Shown here one piece after another: positions 1 to 8,782 of a DNA stretch of 40,681 bases. The notes under the pieces are model-generated. The model ran no database searches and was not told the origin of the DNA. It worked only from the letters and a program-made list of their open reading frames with translations. Position 1 is the stretch's first letter; each line of letters opens with the position of its first letter. Source of the stretch: Bacillota bacterium (GTDB lineage Bacteria; Bacillota; Clostridia; Christensenellales; SZUA-584); the NCBI GenBank assembly GCA_023436525.1, contig JAEZIW010000249.1, forward strand, positions 1-40,681. The letters run 5' to 3'. A program made the position numbers and the translations under genes.

Positions 1-1281
1 TTGTGTATCACACGGGATGCAAGCAAGTGTATACTCTGCGGCGATTGCGTCCGTATGTGCAATGAAGTGCAGAACGTGGGTGCGATCGACTTTGCGCACC
101 GCGGTTCCCGAATGACAATCAGCGCGGCGTTCGAGCGTCCCATCGCGGATTCGCCTTGCGTGGGCTGCGGCCAATGCGCGGCAGTATGCCCGACCGGCGC
201 GATCGTGGTGAAAAACGACACGGACAAGGTATGGAAATTGCTGTCCGATAAAGACACAAAAGTGACGGTACAGATTGCGCCGGCTGTGCGCGTCACAGTC
301 AGCCGGGAGTTTGGTGATCCGTCAGATGTCAATACAATGGGCAAAATCATTTCGGCGCTGAGACGCATGGGCTTTGACGAGATATTCGACACGGCCACAG
401 GCGCCGATTTGTGTGTGCTCGAAGAATCCGGAGAGCTGCTCACCCACATCGAAAAAGGAAATGAGATGCCGCTGTTCACGTCGTGCTGCCCCGCATGGGT
501 GCAGTACTGCGAAAAAAACAACCCTGAGTTGCTTTCCCATGTATCCACCTGCCGTTCACCGATGCAAATGTTCGGCTCGGTTATCAAGGCGCAAAACGTC
601 GTCTCTTCGCGGCGTTGCGTGCATGTGGCTGTGATGCCGTGCACTGCCAAGAAATTTGAAGCTGCCCGCGATGAGTTCACCCAAGACGGCGAACCTGTTG
701 TGGATTATGTGTTAACCACTCAGGAGCTTATACGCATGATCAAGGAATCGGGCATTGTTTTTTCTGAGCTCGAACCCGAAGCAGTGGATATGCCCTTTGG
801 CACAACCACCGGCGCGGGGTTGATATTTGGTGTCACAGGCGGCGTTACCGAGGCAGTGCTTCGGCGTATTATGTTCGACAAAACGTCGACATCGCTTCAG
901 GCGCTCACGTTTACCGGCGTACGCGGTATGGAAGGGGTTAAGGAAGCGTCAGTTACCGTGGGTGACCGCGAGCTAAAAATTGCCGTGGTCAGTGGGCTAA
1001 AAAACGCAGCTGATCTAATTGCGCGCGTTAAGGCGGGCGCTCATTACGATTTTGTTGAAGTCATGGCGTGCCCCGGCGGCTGCGTAAGCGGTGCGGGTCA
1101 GCCTTTTGTCGCCGAAATTGAAAAAGAAAAGCGTGGCAAAAGGCTTTACAGCATCGACAAAATGAGCAGCATCAAACGCAGTGAAGAAAACCCGCTGATG
1201 ATGTCGCTGTACGGCGGGCTTTTAAAAGGCCGCGTCCATGAGCTGCTTCATGTGAGCTATGCCTCGGAGGAGAAAAAATGA
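1..1281 (+). CDS. hydA: [FeFe]-hydrogenase catalytic subunit, 5'-truncated by the window edge
   Basis: Two 4Fe-4S ferredoxin motifs (CILCGDCVRMC, CVGCGQCAAVCP) are followed by the three H-cluster signatures TSCCPAW, MPCTAKKFE and EVMACPGGCVSGAGQP, then a small-subunit-like C-terminal tail. The reading frame is open from nt 1, so the N-terminus lies outside the window. Confidence 0.9.
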   Translation: MCITRDASKCILCGDCVRMCNEVQNVGAIDFAHRGSRMTISAAFERPIADSPCVGCGQCAAVCPTGAIVVKNDTDKVWKLLSDKDTKVTVQIAPAVRVTVSREFGDPSDVNTMGKIISALRRMGFDEIFDTATGADLCVLEESGELLTHIEKGNEMPLFTSCCPAWVQYCEKNNPELLSHVSTCRSPMQMFGSVIKAQNVVSSRRCVHVAVMPCTAKKFEAARDEFTQDGEPVVDYVLTTQELIRMIKESGIVFSELEPEAVDMPFGTTTGAGLIFGVTGGVTEAVLRRIMFDKTSTSLQALTFTGVRGMEGVKEASVTVGDRELKIAVVSGLKNAADLIARVKAGAHYDFVEVMACPGGCVSGAGQPFVAEIEKEKRGKRLYSIDKMSSIKRSEENPLMMSLYGGLLKGRVHELLHVSYASEEKK

Positions 1282-1526
1282 TTGAGCTTAATGTTTGCAT
1301 CGGCAGTTCCTGTCACCTGAAAGGCTCATACAATGTGATACAAACTTTTATGCAGTTGATTGAGGAAAACAATTTGCATAATAGAATTGATTTAAAAAGC
1401 ACGTTTTGCGTGAAGCGCTGCGAATGTTCAGGTGTTGGGCTTTTTATTGACAACGAAGCGCACCATATACAGCCGGAATCGGCGAAAGAATTTTTTTCTA
1501 CGATGGTGCTGCCCAAGGTACTATAA
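1278..1526 (+). CDS. thioredoxin-like [2Fe-2S] ferredoxin (NuoE/HydC-type fold), 82 aa
   Basis: Cys pattern C-x4-C ... C-x3-C (CIGSSC ... CVKRC). The start overlaps the hydA stop (ATGA), which suggests translational coupling. Confidence 0.6.
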   Translation: MIELNVCIGSSCHLKGSYNVIQTFMQLIEENNLHNRIDLKSTFCVKRCECSGVGLFIDNEAHHIQPESAKEFFSTMVLPKVL

Positions 1527-1549
1527 TCCACAACGTAATAATCGCTCGA

Positions 1550-1584
1550 AAATAAGACGCTAAACTCAGCGTCTTATTTTTTTA
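1550..1584 (+). terminator. rho-independent terminator after the hydA operon
   Basis: Stem ATAAGACGC (1552-1560) pairs with GCGTCTTAT (1569-1577) across an 8-nt loop, followed by a T7 run. Confidence 0.7.
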
Positions 1585-1775
1585 CAGTGAAAGCGACAGC
1601 CAGATATCCCCAGACGACATGCCTATAGTTCGAAAACAAGCCAATGCAGGTAAAATCCTGTTTTTAGGGATATTTGAATCTCCATTCCATGTTAAAACGG
1701 TCAATCTAGTTATCGCCCAACTTTTTTTAGTCAATTTGAAAAGGAGTGTCCGCTCATAACCGCCCTTCTATAGGA

Positions 1776-1812
1776 GGATAAAAACAGACAGCCGTTGAAA
1801 ACCCGGCTGTCC
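1776..1812 (-). terminator. rho-independent terminator after metQ
   Basis: GACAGCCG (1787-1794) pairs with CGGCTGTC (1804-1811). On the minus strand the hairpin is followed by TGTTTTTAT. Confidence 0.6.
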
Positions 1813-1847
1813 GCTATATAAATAGTAATGGGAGGTTTCAGAAGCGT

Positions 1848-2756
1848 TTAAAACACAGGGATAACAGCGCCTTTAAAGGCGTCTTCGATATACTTCTTCG
1901 CTGCATCGCTTTGCAGCGCAGCCGCAAGCGCCGCCAATTCGGGTTTTTTCTCGTCTCCCGAACGCACTGCAACTATATTGGCAAATGTCGTCGCCGCAAG
2001 GGAATCAGCCGCTTCTTTAGCCAATGCGTCTGTGGCAGCGTTCAAGCCCGCTTCAATCGCGTAATTACCGTTGATCACTGCGATATCCACATCCTGAAGC
2101 GACCGCGGAATCTGTGCCGCTTCAATCTCAACGATTTTAAGATTCTTCGGGTTTTCCACGATATCTTTGACTGTCGCGGCAAGACCGACATCTGCTTTAA
2201 GCTTGATCAGTCCGTTGGCCTCCAGCAACAACAAAGCGCGCGCTTCGTTTGTGGTGTCGTTCGGCACAGCAACCTGCGCGCCGTCAGCAAGAGCATCTAA
2301 AGACGTGGTTTTCCCGGCATAAATGCCCAGCGGCTCAAAGTGAATCGCTGCCAAAGAAGCGATCTTGGTGCCGTTTTCGGCGTTGAAATCATCAAGGTAA
2401 GGCAGGTGCTGAAAATAATTTGCGTCGAGCGACCCATCCTCCAGCGCGAGGTTTGGCTGAACATAATCGGTGAACTCCACGATGTCAAGTTCATACCCCT
2501 GTTCAGCAAGTACCGGCTTGATTGCCTCAAGAATTTTTGCATGCGGCGCGGGAGATGCACCGACAACGATCTTCACAGGCTCTGCCGACGCAGACGGCTC
2601 TGCACTCGGTTCTACACTCGGTTCTGCGCTTACAGAAGCCGAAGCACTTTCCGACGCGGCAGCGCTCGGCGATTCGGAAACCGCCGCAGGAGCGCATGCC
2701 GCGAATAACGACAAGGCCAAGGCCAACACGAAAACTAACGATAAAACTTTTTTCAT
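1848..2756 (-). CDS. metQ: methionine ABC transporter substrate-binding lipoprotein (MetQ/NlpA family)
   Basis: Signal peptide with lipobox LFAAC, a Ser/Glu/Pro/Ala linker, then an NlpA-like body (KIVVGASPAPHAKILE..., FHFEPLGIY). It lies downstream of metN and metI. Confidence 0.9.
   Translation of the reverse strand: MKKVLSLVFVLALALSLFAACAPAAVSESPSAAASESASASVSAEPSVEPSAEPSASAEPVKIVVGASPAPHAKILEAIKPVLAEQGYELDIVEFTDYVQPNLALEDGSLDANYFQHLPYLDDFNAENGTKIASLAAIHFEPLGIYAGKTTSLDALADGAQVAVPNDTTNEARALLLLEANGLIKLKADVGLAATVKDIVENPKNLKIVEIEAAQIPRSLQDVDIAVINGNYAIEAGLNAATDALAKEAADSLAATTFANIVAVRSGDEKKPELAALAAALQSDAAKKYIEDAFKGAVIPVF
2598..2633. repeat. short tandem 12-nt repeat encoding the MetQ low-complexity linker
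   Basis: CTCTGCACTCGG / TTCTACACTCGG / TTCTGCGCTTAC on the plus strand, which encodes (EPS[AV])n on the minus strand. Confidence 0.5.
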
Positions 2757-2790
2757 TTGAAATTTCCTCCTAATAATATTGAAAACTTAA

Positions 2791-3450
2791 TTATTTTCGT
2801 TTGTCGCTCATACGAGCGATTTTCATTCCAATTCCCTGTAACACCTGAACCACTACTATTAATAAAGCCACTGTTACGAGCATGATATCTGTTTGGTAAC
2901 GATACAGCCCATAGCGTATTGCGATATCACCAAGACCGCCGCCGCCCACGATGCCGGCCATTGCCGAAAAGCTTAATACGGTGGTGACGGCGATGGCCGC
3001 ACCCACGATCAGTGACGGCCGGGCTTCGGGCAGCAACACTTTACAGATGATTTTCAGTGTTGGTGTGCCCATAGACTGCGCGGCTTCGATGACACCGTTA
3101 TCCACCTCTTTCACAGAGGATTCCACAATTCTGGCGATAAAGGGTGCCGCGCCGATAACCAAGGGCACCACTGTGGCTGTTGAGCCGATTGTCGTTCCTG
3201 TGATAAATCGTGTGATGGGCATCACGGCAATAAGCAGTATCAGAAACGGCACCGACCGAAGCACATTGATAATGACCTCGAGAATTCTGTTTGCTAAAAG
3301 ATGCGGGCGTATACCGTCTTTTTGCGTAACCACCAGCGCAATGCCTGCCGGCAAGCCCAGCACATATGCCAATACCGTGGATGCCAGCGTCATATACAGC
3401 GTTTCGAGCAGCCCTTCCCCCAGCATATTCAACACCGTTTCATCGAACAT
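2791..3450 (-). CDS. metI: methionine ABC transporter permease
   Basis: Multi-TM BPD-type permease. I moved the start to ATG 3450 (MFDETVLNML), which is preceded by GGAGGAGG. The longer ORF to 3486 would overlap metN by 47 nt. Confidence 0.9.
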   Translation of the reverse strand: MFDETVLNMLGEGLLETLYMTLASTVLAYVLGLPAGIALVVTQKDGIRPHLLANRILEVIINVLRSVPFLILLIAVMPITRFITGTTIGSTATVVPLVIGAAPFIARIVESSVKEVDNGVIEAAQSMGTPTLKIICKVLLPEARPSLIVGAAIAVTTVLSFSAMAGIVGGGGLGDIAIRYGLYRYQTDIMLVTVALLIVVVQVLQGIGMKIARMSDKRK

Positions 3451-4453
3451 AACCGTTCGCCTCCTCCACCGCCAGCCCTTTGGCACGCAGATATTTGATC
3501 ATTTTTTCAGCTATGGACGGCGCTTCGGGCAGCTGCAGAACAATCTGTCCGAAGGCTTTCCCGTCAATATCGCGCGTATCTGCAAACAGGATGTTTACAG
3601 GCTGCTGAAATTCCAGCACCATGCCCGCCACCACAGGCTCAAAAGACGAGCTGCCGTTAAATACGATTCGGCAACATCGGTCGCCCGTCACTGGCTCCAT
3701 GCTGTGCTCGTCGGTATAAACAAGCCGCCGCGCTGCTGCCGATTTGGGCCGGGCAAATATCTCCTCGACAGACCCGGATTCCACAATGTGCCCGTCATCA
3801 ATAATGGCAACACGCTTGCAAATGTGCTCGATAACGCTCATTTCATGCGTTATGACCACAATTGTCAGACCAAGCCGCTTATTGATGTCCTTTAACAGTT
3901 CAAGTATGCCCCGCGTGGTCGCGGGATCAAGTGCACTCGTGGCTTCATCACACAGCAACACCTTGGGATGTGTCGCGAGCGCCCTTGCGATGGCAACGCG
4001 CTGTCGCTGTCCGCCTGAAAGCTGCGAAGGATACGCCGCTTCTTTTTCTGACAGCCCCACAAGATTAAGCATTTCTTTGGCACGGCTCCGCGCTTCTTTT
4101 TTGGATACGCCCGAAATTTCTAGCGGAAAGAAGACATTATCCAGCGCCGTACGCTGCATCAACAGGTTGAAGTGTTGAAATATCATACCGATCGACCGGC
4201 GCGCCTGGTTGAGCATTTTGGTTGATAACGATTGCAGTTCATCTCCGTTGAAAAACACGTGCCCCATGGTGGGCTTTTCGAGCAGATTAATACATCTCAC
4301 AAGCGTGCTCTTCCCCGCACCGCTCATGCCGATAATGCCAAATACATCACCTTGCTCAATTTCGATAGTCATATCACTGAGCGCTCGAACTTCTCCGGCT
4401 GTGCTTTTGAATGTTTTGCTTAAGTTTTGAAGCTTAATAATTGCGCTGCTCAT
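3440..4453 (-). CDS. metN: methionine ABC transporter ATP-binding protein with C-terminal NIL domain
   Basis: Walker A GMSGAGKST, signature LSGGQRQRV, Walker B LLCDEATSALD, and a C-terminal NIL-like regulatory domain. Confidence 0.92.
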   Translation of the reverse strand: MSSAIIKLQNLSKTFKSTAGEVRALSDMTIEIEQGDVFGIIGMSGAGKSTLVRCINLLEKPTMGHVFFNGDELQSLSTKMLNQARRSIGMIFQHFNLLMQRTALDNVFFPLEISGVSKKEARSRAKEMLNLVGLSEKEAAYPSQLSGGQRQRVAIARALATHPKVLLCDEATSALDPATTRGILELLKDINKRLGLTIVVITHEMSVIEHICKRVAIIDDGHIVESGSVEEIFARPKSAAARRLVYTDEHSMEPVTGDRCCRIVFNGSSSFEPVVAGMVLEFQQPVNILFADTRDIDGKAFGQIVLQLPEAPSIAEKMIKYLRAKGLAVEEANGYVR

Positions 4454-5316
4454 CGATATTCTCCGGTTTGTTGATTCAATTGCCCGGCAAGTTTTAAAAG
4501 CCCCTGCTCAAAATTCACGCCGTAACGAACATCCGTCTTTGCCTGTTGTGTTCTTTTTATGCTGCCAACCGTGAAATCCACAGCGAACTGTGCTGCATGT
4601 GCTAAGCTATTGCCTTTCAGCAGTGCCGCCAGCAGGACGCTTGCGAATACATCACCTGTTCCGTGATAATAACCGGGGATTTTATCCGCGAAAGCATATG
4701 TAACCTCATCTGTGCGGCGGTCATAAGCGGCGGCTCCCAGCCTGTCGTCGTCAAAAAAGACACCCGTCAGCACCACCTGCTTTGGCCCCAGCTCTGACAG
4801 AGACACCAGAATATTTTCTATATACTCATCTTCGTATGGCCCTTCCCGGTACGGCTGTCCGAGCAGCAGCGAAGCTTCGGTCAGATTCGGCACAATGATA
4901 TCTGCTTTCGCGCAAAGCTTGCGCATACCTTGCGGAAAATCATCGGGGAATATTGCATAGAGCTTACCGTTGTCTGCCATAACCGGATCAACGAGTATCA
5001 CATTATCTTTTGTTTTGAATCGGCCAAACAGTTCCTCAATAATATCGATTTGTTTGAAGGAGCCAAGAAAACCTGAATACAGTGCATCAAACGCAAGGTT
5101 TAATGATTGCCAGTGGTCGGCAATGGGCAAAATGTCGTCTGTCAAATCGCGATATGTAAATCCTGAAAAGCCGCCCGTATGTGTGGACAGCACTGCCGTT
5201 GGCACCACGCTCGTTTCAATTCCCGCAGCTGATATGATGGGTAACGCAACGGTCAGCGAGCACCGCCCGAAACAGGATATGTCATGTATGGCAGCAACTC
5301 TTCTCTGAACACTCAT
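4450..5316 (-). CDS. pdxK: pyridoxal/pyridoxamine kinase (ribokinase superfamily)
   Basis: AIHDISCFGRCSLTVALPIISA, HTGGF and GTGDVF motifs. The preferred start is ATG 5316 (MSVQRR), with 5352 as the alternative. The stop overlaps the metN start (ATGA). Confidence 0.75.
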   Translation of the reverse strand: MSVQRRVAAIHDISCFGRCSLTVALPIISAAGIETSVVPTAVLSTHTGGFSGFTYRDLTDDILPIADHWQSLNLAFDALYSGFLGSFKQIDIIEELFGRFKTKDNVILVDPVMADNGKLYAIFPDDFPQGMRKLCAKADIIVPNLTEASLLLGQPYREGPYEDEYIENILVSLSELGPKQVVLTGVFFDDDRLGAAAYDRRTDEVTYAFADKIPGYYHGTGDVFASVLLAALLKGNSLAHAAQFAVDFTVGSIKRTQQAKTDVRYGVNFEQGLLKLAGQLNQQTGEYR

Positions 5317-5407
5317 TGACGCACTCTCTCTTTCAATACTTCGTATGATCATTCTAAAAACTTGTTTCTATACTTTTCATATATTTTTTATATGTTTTAT
5401 GTTGATT

Positions 5408-5436
5408 AATATATACCTTCTTTTCATATATGTCAA
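5408..5436 (-). promoter_or_regulatory. sigma-70-type promoter for pdxK-metNIQ
   Basis: On the minus strand: TTGACA (5436-5431), a 17-nt spacer, then TATATT (5413-5408), about 90 nt upstream of ATG 5316. Confidence 0.45.
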
Positions 5437-5499
5437 TACTGTTTTTAATATTTAAAGTGAATACTGAATATCGTATCATTGACATGCTGCTTGTATCAG

Positions 5500-5824
5500 T
5501 TTAAACTGACCGTCGCGCAAAAAAGCAATGCGATGGCTTACCGGATTCGAATGAAGGACTGAATCTTGCACATAGGTTGAGGATAACATAGCGCATTGCA
5601 ATCTTAAGCAATTCAGCACTGTGTTTATCCGGCGGCAACCATAAAAGTCATCACGGCAAAATGGCTGGGAGTCCGGCGCCAATGTATACATATTAGATGA
5701 GCCAACACGCGGTATTGGAGTCAGTGCGCGAAATGATATTTATCAACGCATGTTGTAATTTGTTCGTAACGGAACGTCAACTATATTAATTTCATCTGAC
5801 CCGGCTGAGTACTTTAAATTATAA
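5500..5824 (+). pseudogene. decayed C-terminal half of a sugar-type ABC transporter ATPase
   Basis: Hand translation gives NAMAYRIRMKD*, LSGGNHKS (5625-5645), then a frameshift, then ILDEPTRGIGVSARNDIYQRML*FVRNGTSTILISSDPAEYFKL*. For comparison, the intact gene at 37173..38672 reads LSGGNQQKV...IFDEPTRGIDVGAKAEIY...IIMVSSEMPE. There is an in-frame TAA at 5756, other stops and at least one frameshift. Boundaries are approximate. Confidence 0.6.
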
Positions 5825-5909
5825 TTGATATATCATGACGATACATAGATATTTCGAATGTCAATTTTAATTGTTATATATATGGAAACAAGTGCAATTT
5901 AGATTATGC

Positions 5910-5927
5910 TTGTCAAAATATTATCAA
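5910..5927 (+). promoter_or_regulatory. Rex-like operator inside the 9-bp inverted repeat GCTTGTCAA-N14-TTGACAAGC (5908-5939)
   Basis: TTGTCAAAATATTATCAA matches 12 of the 14 specified positions of the clostridial Rex consensus TTGTTAAnnnnTTAACAA. The right arm of the perfect 9-bp inverted repeat is also the -35 box. Confidence 0.4.
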
Positions 5928-5930
5928 TGA

Positions 5931-5959
5931 TTGACAAGCAAAATGGCGAGTGCTATATT
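5931..5959 (+). promoter_or_regulatory. sigma-70-type promoter of the ech-hyp operon
   Basis: TTGACA (5931-5936), a 17-nt spacer, then TATATT (5954-5959) with an upstream TG (extended -10). It lies about 58 nt upstream of the echA ATG, which follows the RBS GGGAG. Confidence 0.6.
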
Positions 5960-6016
5960 AGTCCGGTTATAGCCAGTCATTAATTAGACAGGCTGGCATG
6001 GAAATCAGGGAGATAT

Positions 6017-7915
6017 ATGTCACTGCTTGTATTACTCATTATAGTTCCTCTATTCGCTGCCGCATTGATGATATGCATCAAACACAACACCTTGCGCAAT
6101 ATCATTATCATTTTGTCCACGCTGGCCATAGCAGGCCTTTCAGTGATGCTGGCTGTTACACACTTTAACTCAGCGGAAGAATATTATCTTGTGCAGTCAA
6201 CCACGATCAATATCAGCCTGTTTGCCATAGAGGTTCTGATATCTCTCTACATTATATACATAACAGTACGCAGCAAAAAGTATTTGATCACGTTATTAAC
6301 GGCTGTCCAGTTGGCAGCGCTGACATTGTATGAGCTGTCAGGGCATCACTTAACAGAATCGCTGAGTCATCATTTCTTTGTGGATAGACTGAGCATCATG
6401 ATGGTCATCATCGTCGCTTTTGTCGGCGGGCTTATCTGTATCTATTCAATATCGTACATGAAGCATTACCATGCGAACCATAAGGACATAAAAGACCGTC
6501 GCCCTATGTTTTTTTCGGTGATCTTTTTGTTTTTTTCGGCGATGTTCGGCATTGTGCTCTCCAACGATCTCGTATGGGTGTTTTTGTTCTGGGAGATTAC
6601 CACAGTTTGTTCCTTCCTGTTGATTGGCTATACAAAATCGCCTGAAGCAAAAAAGAATGCATTTACAGCCCTGTTGTATAATACGATCGGCGGGGTATTC
6701 TTTGCAGCGGGCATCATATTCTTCGGAACGGTGATGCACGTTACGGAGCTAAAGGATATTTTAGAATCTCAAAATGCTCTGCTCGTTATTCCGGCTTTAT
6801 TTATCGCCATCGCCGGCCTGACGAAGGCCGCGCAAATGCCGTTTTCCAGATGGCTGCTGGGTGCGATGGTGGCACCCACACCCACATCGGCGCTGCTGCA
6901 TTCGTCAACAATGGTGAAAGCGGGTGTGTATATCATCATTCGCATCGCGCCGTTGCTGAAGGGGAACGCGGCCGGCTTCTTCGTGGTGCTGATAGGTGGT
7001 GTTACGTTTCTGTCGGCATCCATCATGGCCATTTCTCAAAACGATGCCAAAAAGGTGCTGGCCTATTCCACAATTGCCAATCTGGGGTTAATCGTGTCCT
7101 GCGCGGGCATCGGTACTTACGAGTCGTTATGGGCGGCTTTGTTCCTGATCATTTTCCATGCCGTATCCAAATCGCTGATGTTCCTGTCCGTGGGATCAGT
7201 TGAAGGGCTCTTGGGAAGCCGCGACATTGAAGACATGCACGGCCTTATAGTCAAGCTGCCGATGATGGCTATATTGATGACAGTCGGCATCGCGGGAATG
7301 TTCCTTGCGCCGTTTGGCATGCTGATATCCAAATGGGCGGCCATGAAGGCATTTCTCGATTCCAAGAACATGATTATGCTGCTGCTGCTCGTATTCGGCA
7401 GTGCGGCAACGCTTTTCTACTGGACCAAATGGCTGGGAAAATTGGTGGCAATACGGTCGCAGAGTGAACGGTTATCCGCAAAAGCGCCAAAAGCGGAACT
7501 GGTGGCGCTCTATTCGCTGGCGGTATTCACAATTGCCAACTGTCTGCTGTTTCCGATCGTCTCGCAATATCTGGTGGAGCCGTTTTTGACTCAGATGTAC
7601 GGAACCGCACATACGGTCATCAGCGAGGGCAACCAGCACATCATGCTGATGCTGCTCGCAATGATACTGCTGCTGCCGCTTGGCTTGCGCTTTTTAACCC
7701 GGGGCAAACTGACCACCGTCTATATGGGCGGCATAAACGCGGGCGATAACCGGCACTTTGAAGGCGCCGGCGGCGAAACAAAGAGGATGTATCTGTCCAA
7801 CTGGTATATGGAACGCTATTTTGGTGAACAGCGCCTGTTTAAGATCGCCGCGCTGATCTGTCTTGCGCTTTTGGTTTTTGCACTGATCTATCTGACAGGG
7901 AGTGTTTTGGGATGA
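6017..7915 (+). CDS. echA: Ech hydrogenase membrane subunit A (NuoL/Mrp antiporter-like)
   Basis: A 632-aa polytopic protein with NuoL/ND5-like motifs (WEITTVCSFLLIGY, TPTSALLHSSTMVKAGVY). It is the first gene of the six-gene ech set. Confidence 0.85.
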   Translation: MSLLVLLIIVPLFAAALMICIKHNTLRNIIIILSTLAIAGLSVMLAVTHFNSAEEYYLVQSTTINISLFAIEVLISLYIIYITVRSKKYLITLLTAVQLAALTLYELSGHHLTESLSHHFFVDRLSIMMVIIVAFVGGLICIYSISYMKHYHANHKDIKDRRPMFFSVIFLFFSAMFGIVLSNDLVWVFLFWEITTVCSFLLIGYTKSPEAKKNAFTALLYNTIGGVFFAAGIIFFGTVMHVTELKDILESQNALLVIPALFIAIAGLTKAAQMPFSRWLLGAMVAPTPTSALLHSSTMVKAGVYIIIRIAPLLKGNAAGFFVVLIGGVTFLSASIMAISQNDAKKVLAYSTIANLGLIVSCAGIGTYESLWAALFLIIFHAVSKSLMFLSVGSVEGLLGSRDIEDMHGLIVKLPMMAILMTVGIAGMFLAPFGMLISKWAAMKAFLDSKNMIMLLLLVFGSAATLFYWTKWLGKLVAIRSQSERLSAKAPKAELVALYSLAVFTIANCLLFPIVSQYLVEPFLTQMYGTAHTVISEGNQHIMLMLLAMILLLPLGLRFLTRGKLTTVYMGGINAGDNRHFEGAGGETKRMYLSNWYMERYFGEQRLFKIAALICLALLVFALIYLTGSVLG

Positions 7916-8775
7916 ACTGGCTTTACGCTTTGATTTATATCGTTTTAGCACCATTCTTAGGCGGACTGCTCGCGGGCACGGATCTTAAGATTACCGCGCG
8001 CATGCAGGGGCGGAAGGGGCCGCCGGTATTGCAGCCTTTTTACGATGTGATGAAGCTGTTCCGCAAGGAAGCGGTGGTGGTGAACCACGCGGAAACATTC
8101 CTTGTAGTGATGTTCCTGCTGTTTATGGTGGTGACGGGCGCGTTGTTCTTCTCTGGCGGAGATCTGCTGCTGGTCATCTTCGCGTTGACGCTGTCCAGCA
8201 TATTCCTGCTGATGGCGGCATACTCCACCAATTCGCCGTACAGTAATCTGGGGGCAGATCGCGAGCTGCTGGCCATGATGGCTTACGAACCGATGGTGCT
8301 TTTTATGGCCATGGGCCTGTATCTCTCAGACAGAACGTTTTCTGTGAGCGGAATGATGGTGTCGCAGCTGCCGTCTATCATCTATCTGCCCGGCGTTTTT
8401 ATCGGTTTTGTTTACATACTGACGTTCAAATTCCGCAAATCGCCATTTGATATCAGTACGTCGCATCATGCTCATCAGGAACTGGTCAGCGGCCTCACCA
8501 CCGAATTCGCCGGCCCCACGCTGGCGCTCGTGGAAATCACGCACTGGTATGAAAATATCATGCTGCTGGGCTTTGTCTATCTGTTCTTCGCTTGGGACGC
8601 GCCCATAAGCCCGCTGGTGGCGGTTTTCGCCTGTTTGTTTATCTACTTCCTGGAGATACTGATAGACAACTCCTTCGCGCGCGTGCGGTGGAAGTGGGCG
8701 TTAAAAACAGCTTGGGGCTTAACGATAACCATCGGCTTCTTGAATCTGGTTATACTCTCATTGATATTAAAGTAG
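7912..8775 (+). CDS. echB: Ech hydrogenase membrane subunit B (NuoH-like)
   Basis: NuoH/HycD-like TM protein (RMQGRKGPPVLQPFYDVMKLF). The start overlaps the echA stop. Confidence 0.85.
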   Translation: MNWLYALIYIVLAPFLGGLLAGTDLKITARMQGRKGPPVLQPFYDVMKLFRKEAVVVNHAETFLVVMFLLFMVVTGALFFSGGDLLLVIFALTLSSIFLLMAAYSTNSPYSNLGADRELLAMMAYEPMVLFMAMGLYLSDRTFSVSGMMVSQLPSIIYLPGVFIGFVYILTFKFRKSPFDISTSHHAHQELVSGLTTEFAGPTLALVEITHWYENIMLLGFVYLFFAWDAPISPLVAVFACLFIYFLEILIDNSFARVRWKWALKTAWGLTITIGFLNLVILSLILK

Positions 8776-8782
8776 GTGGACA

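Noticed and set aside
5621-5700. SAM-I/S-box-like fragments (TTATCC GGCGGCAACC ... GGCGCCAAT ... AGATGA) between the met operon and ech.
   Set aside because: They are on the wrong strand for pdxK-metNIQ. They translate cleanly into the ABC signature and Walker B region (LSGGN ... ILDEPTRG) of a decayed ATPase gene, so the resemblance is coincidental.
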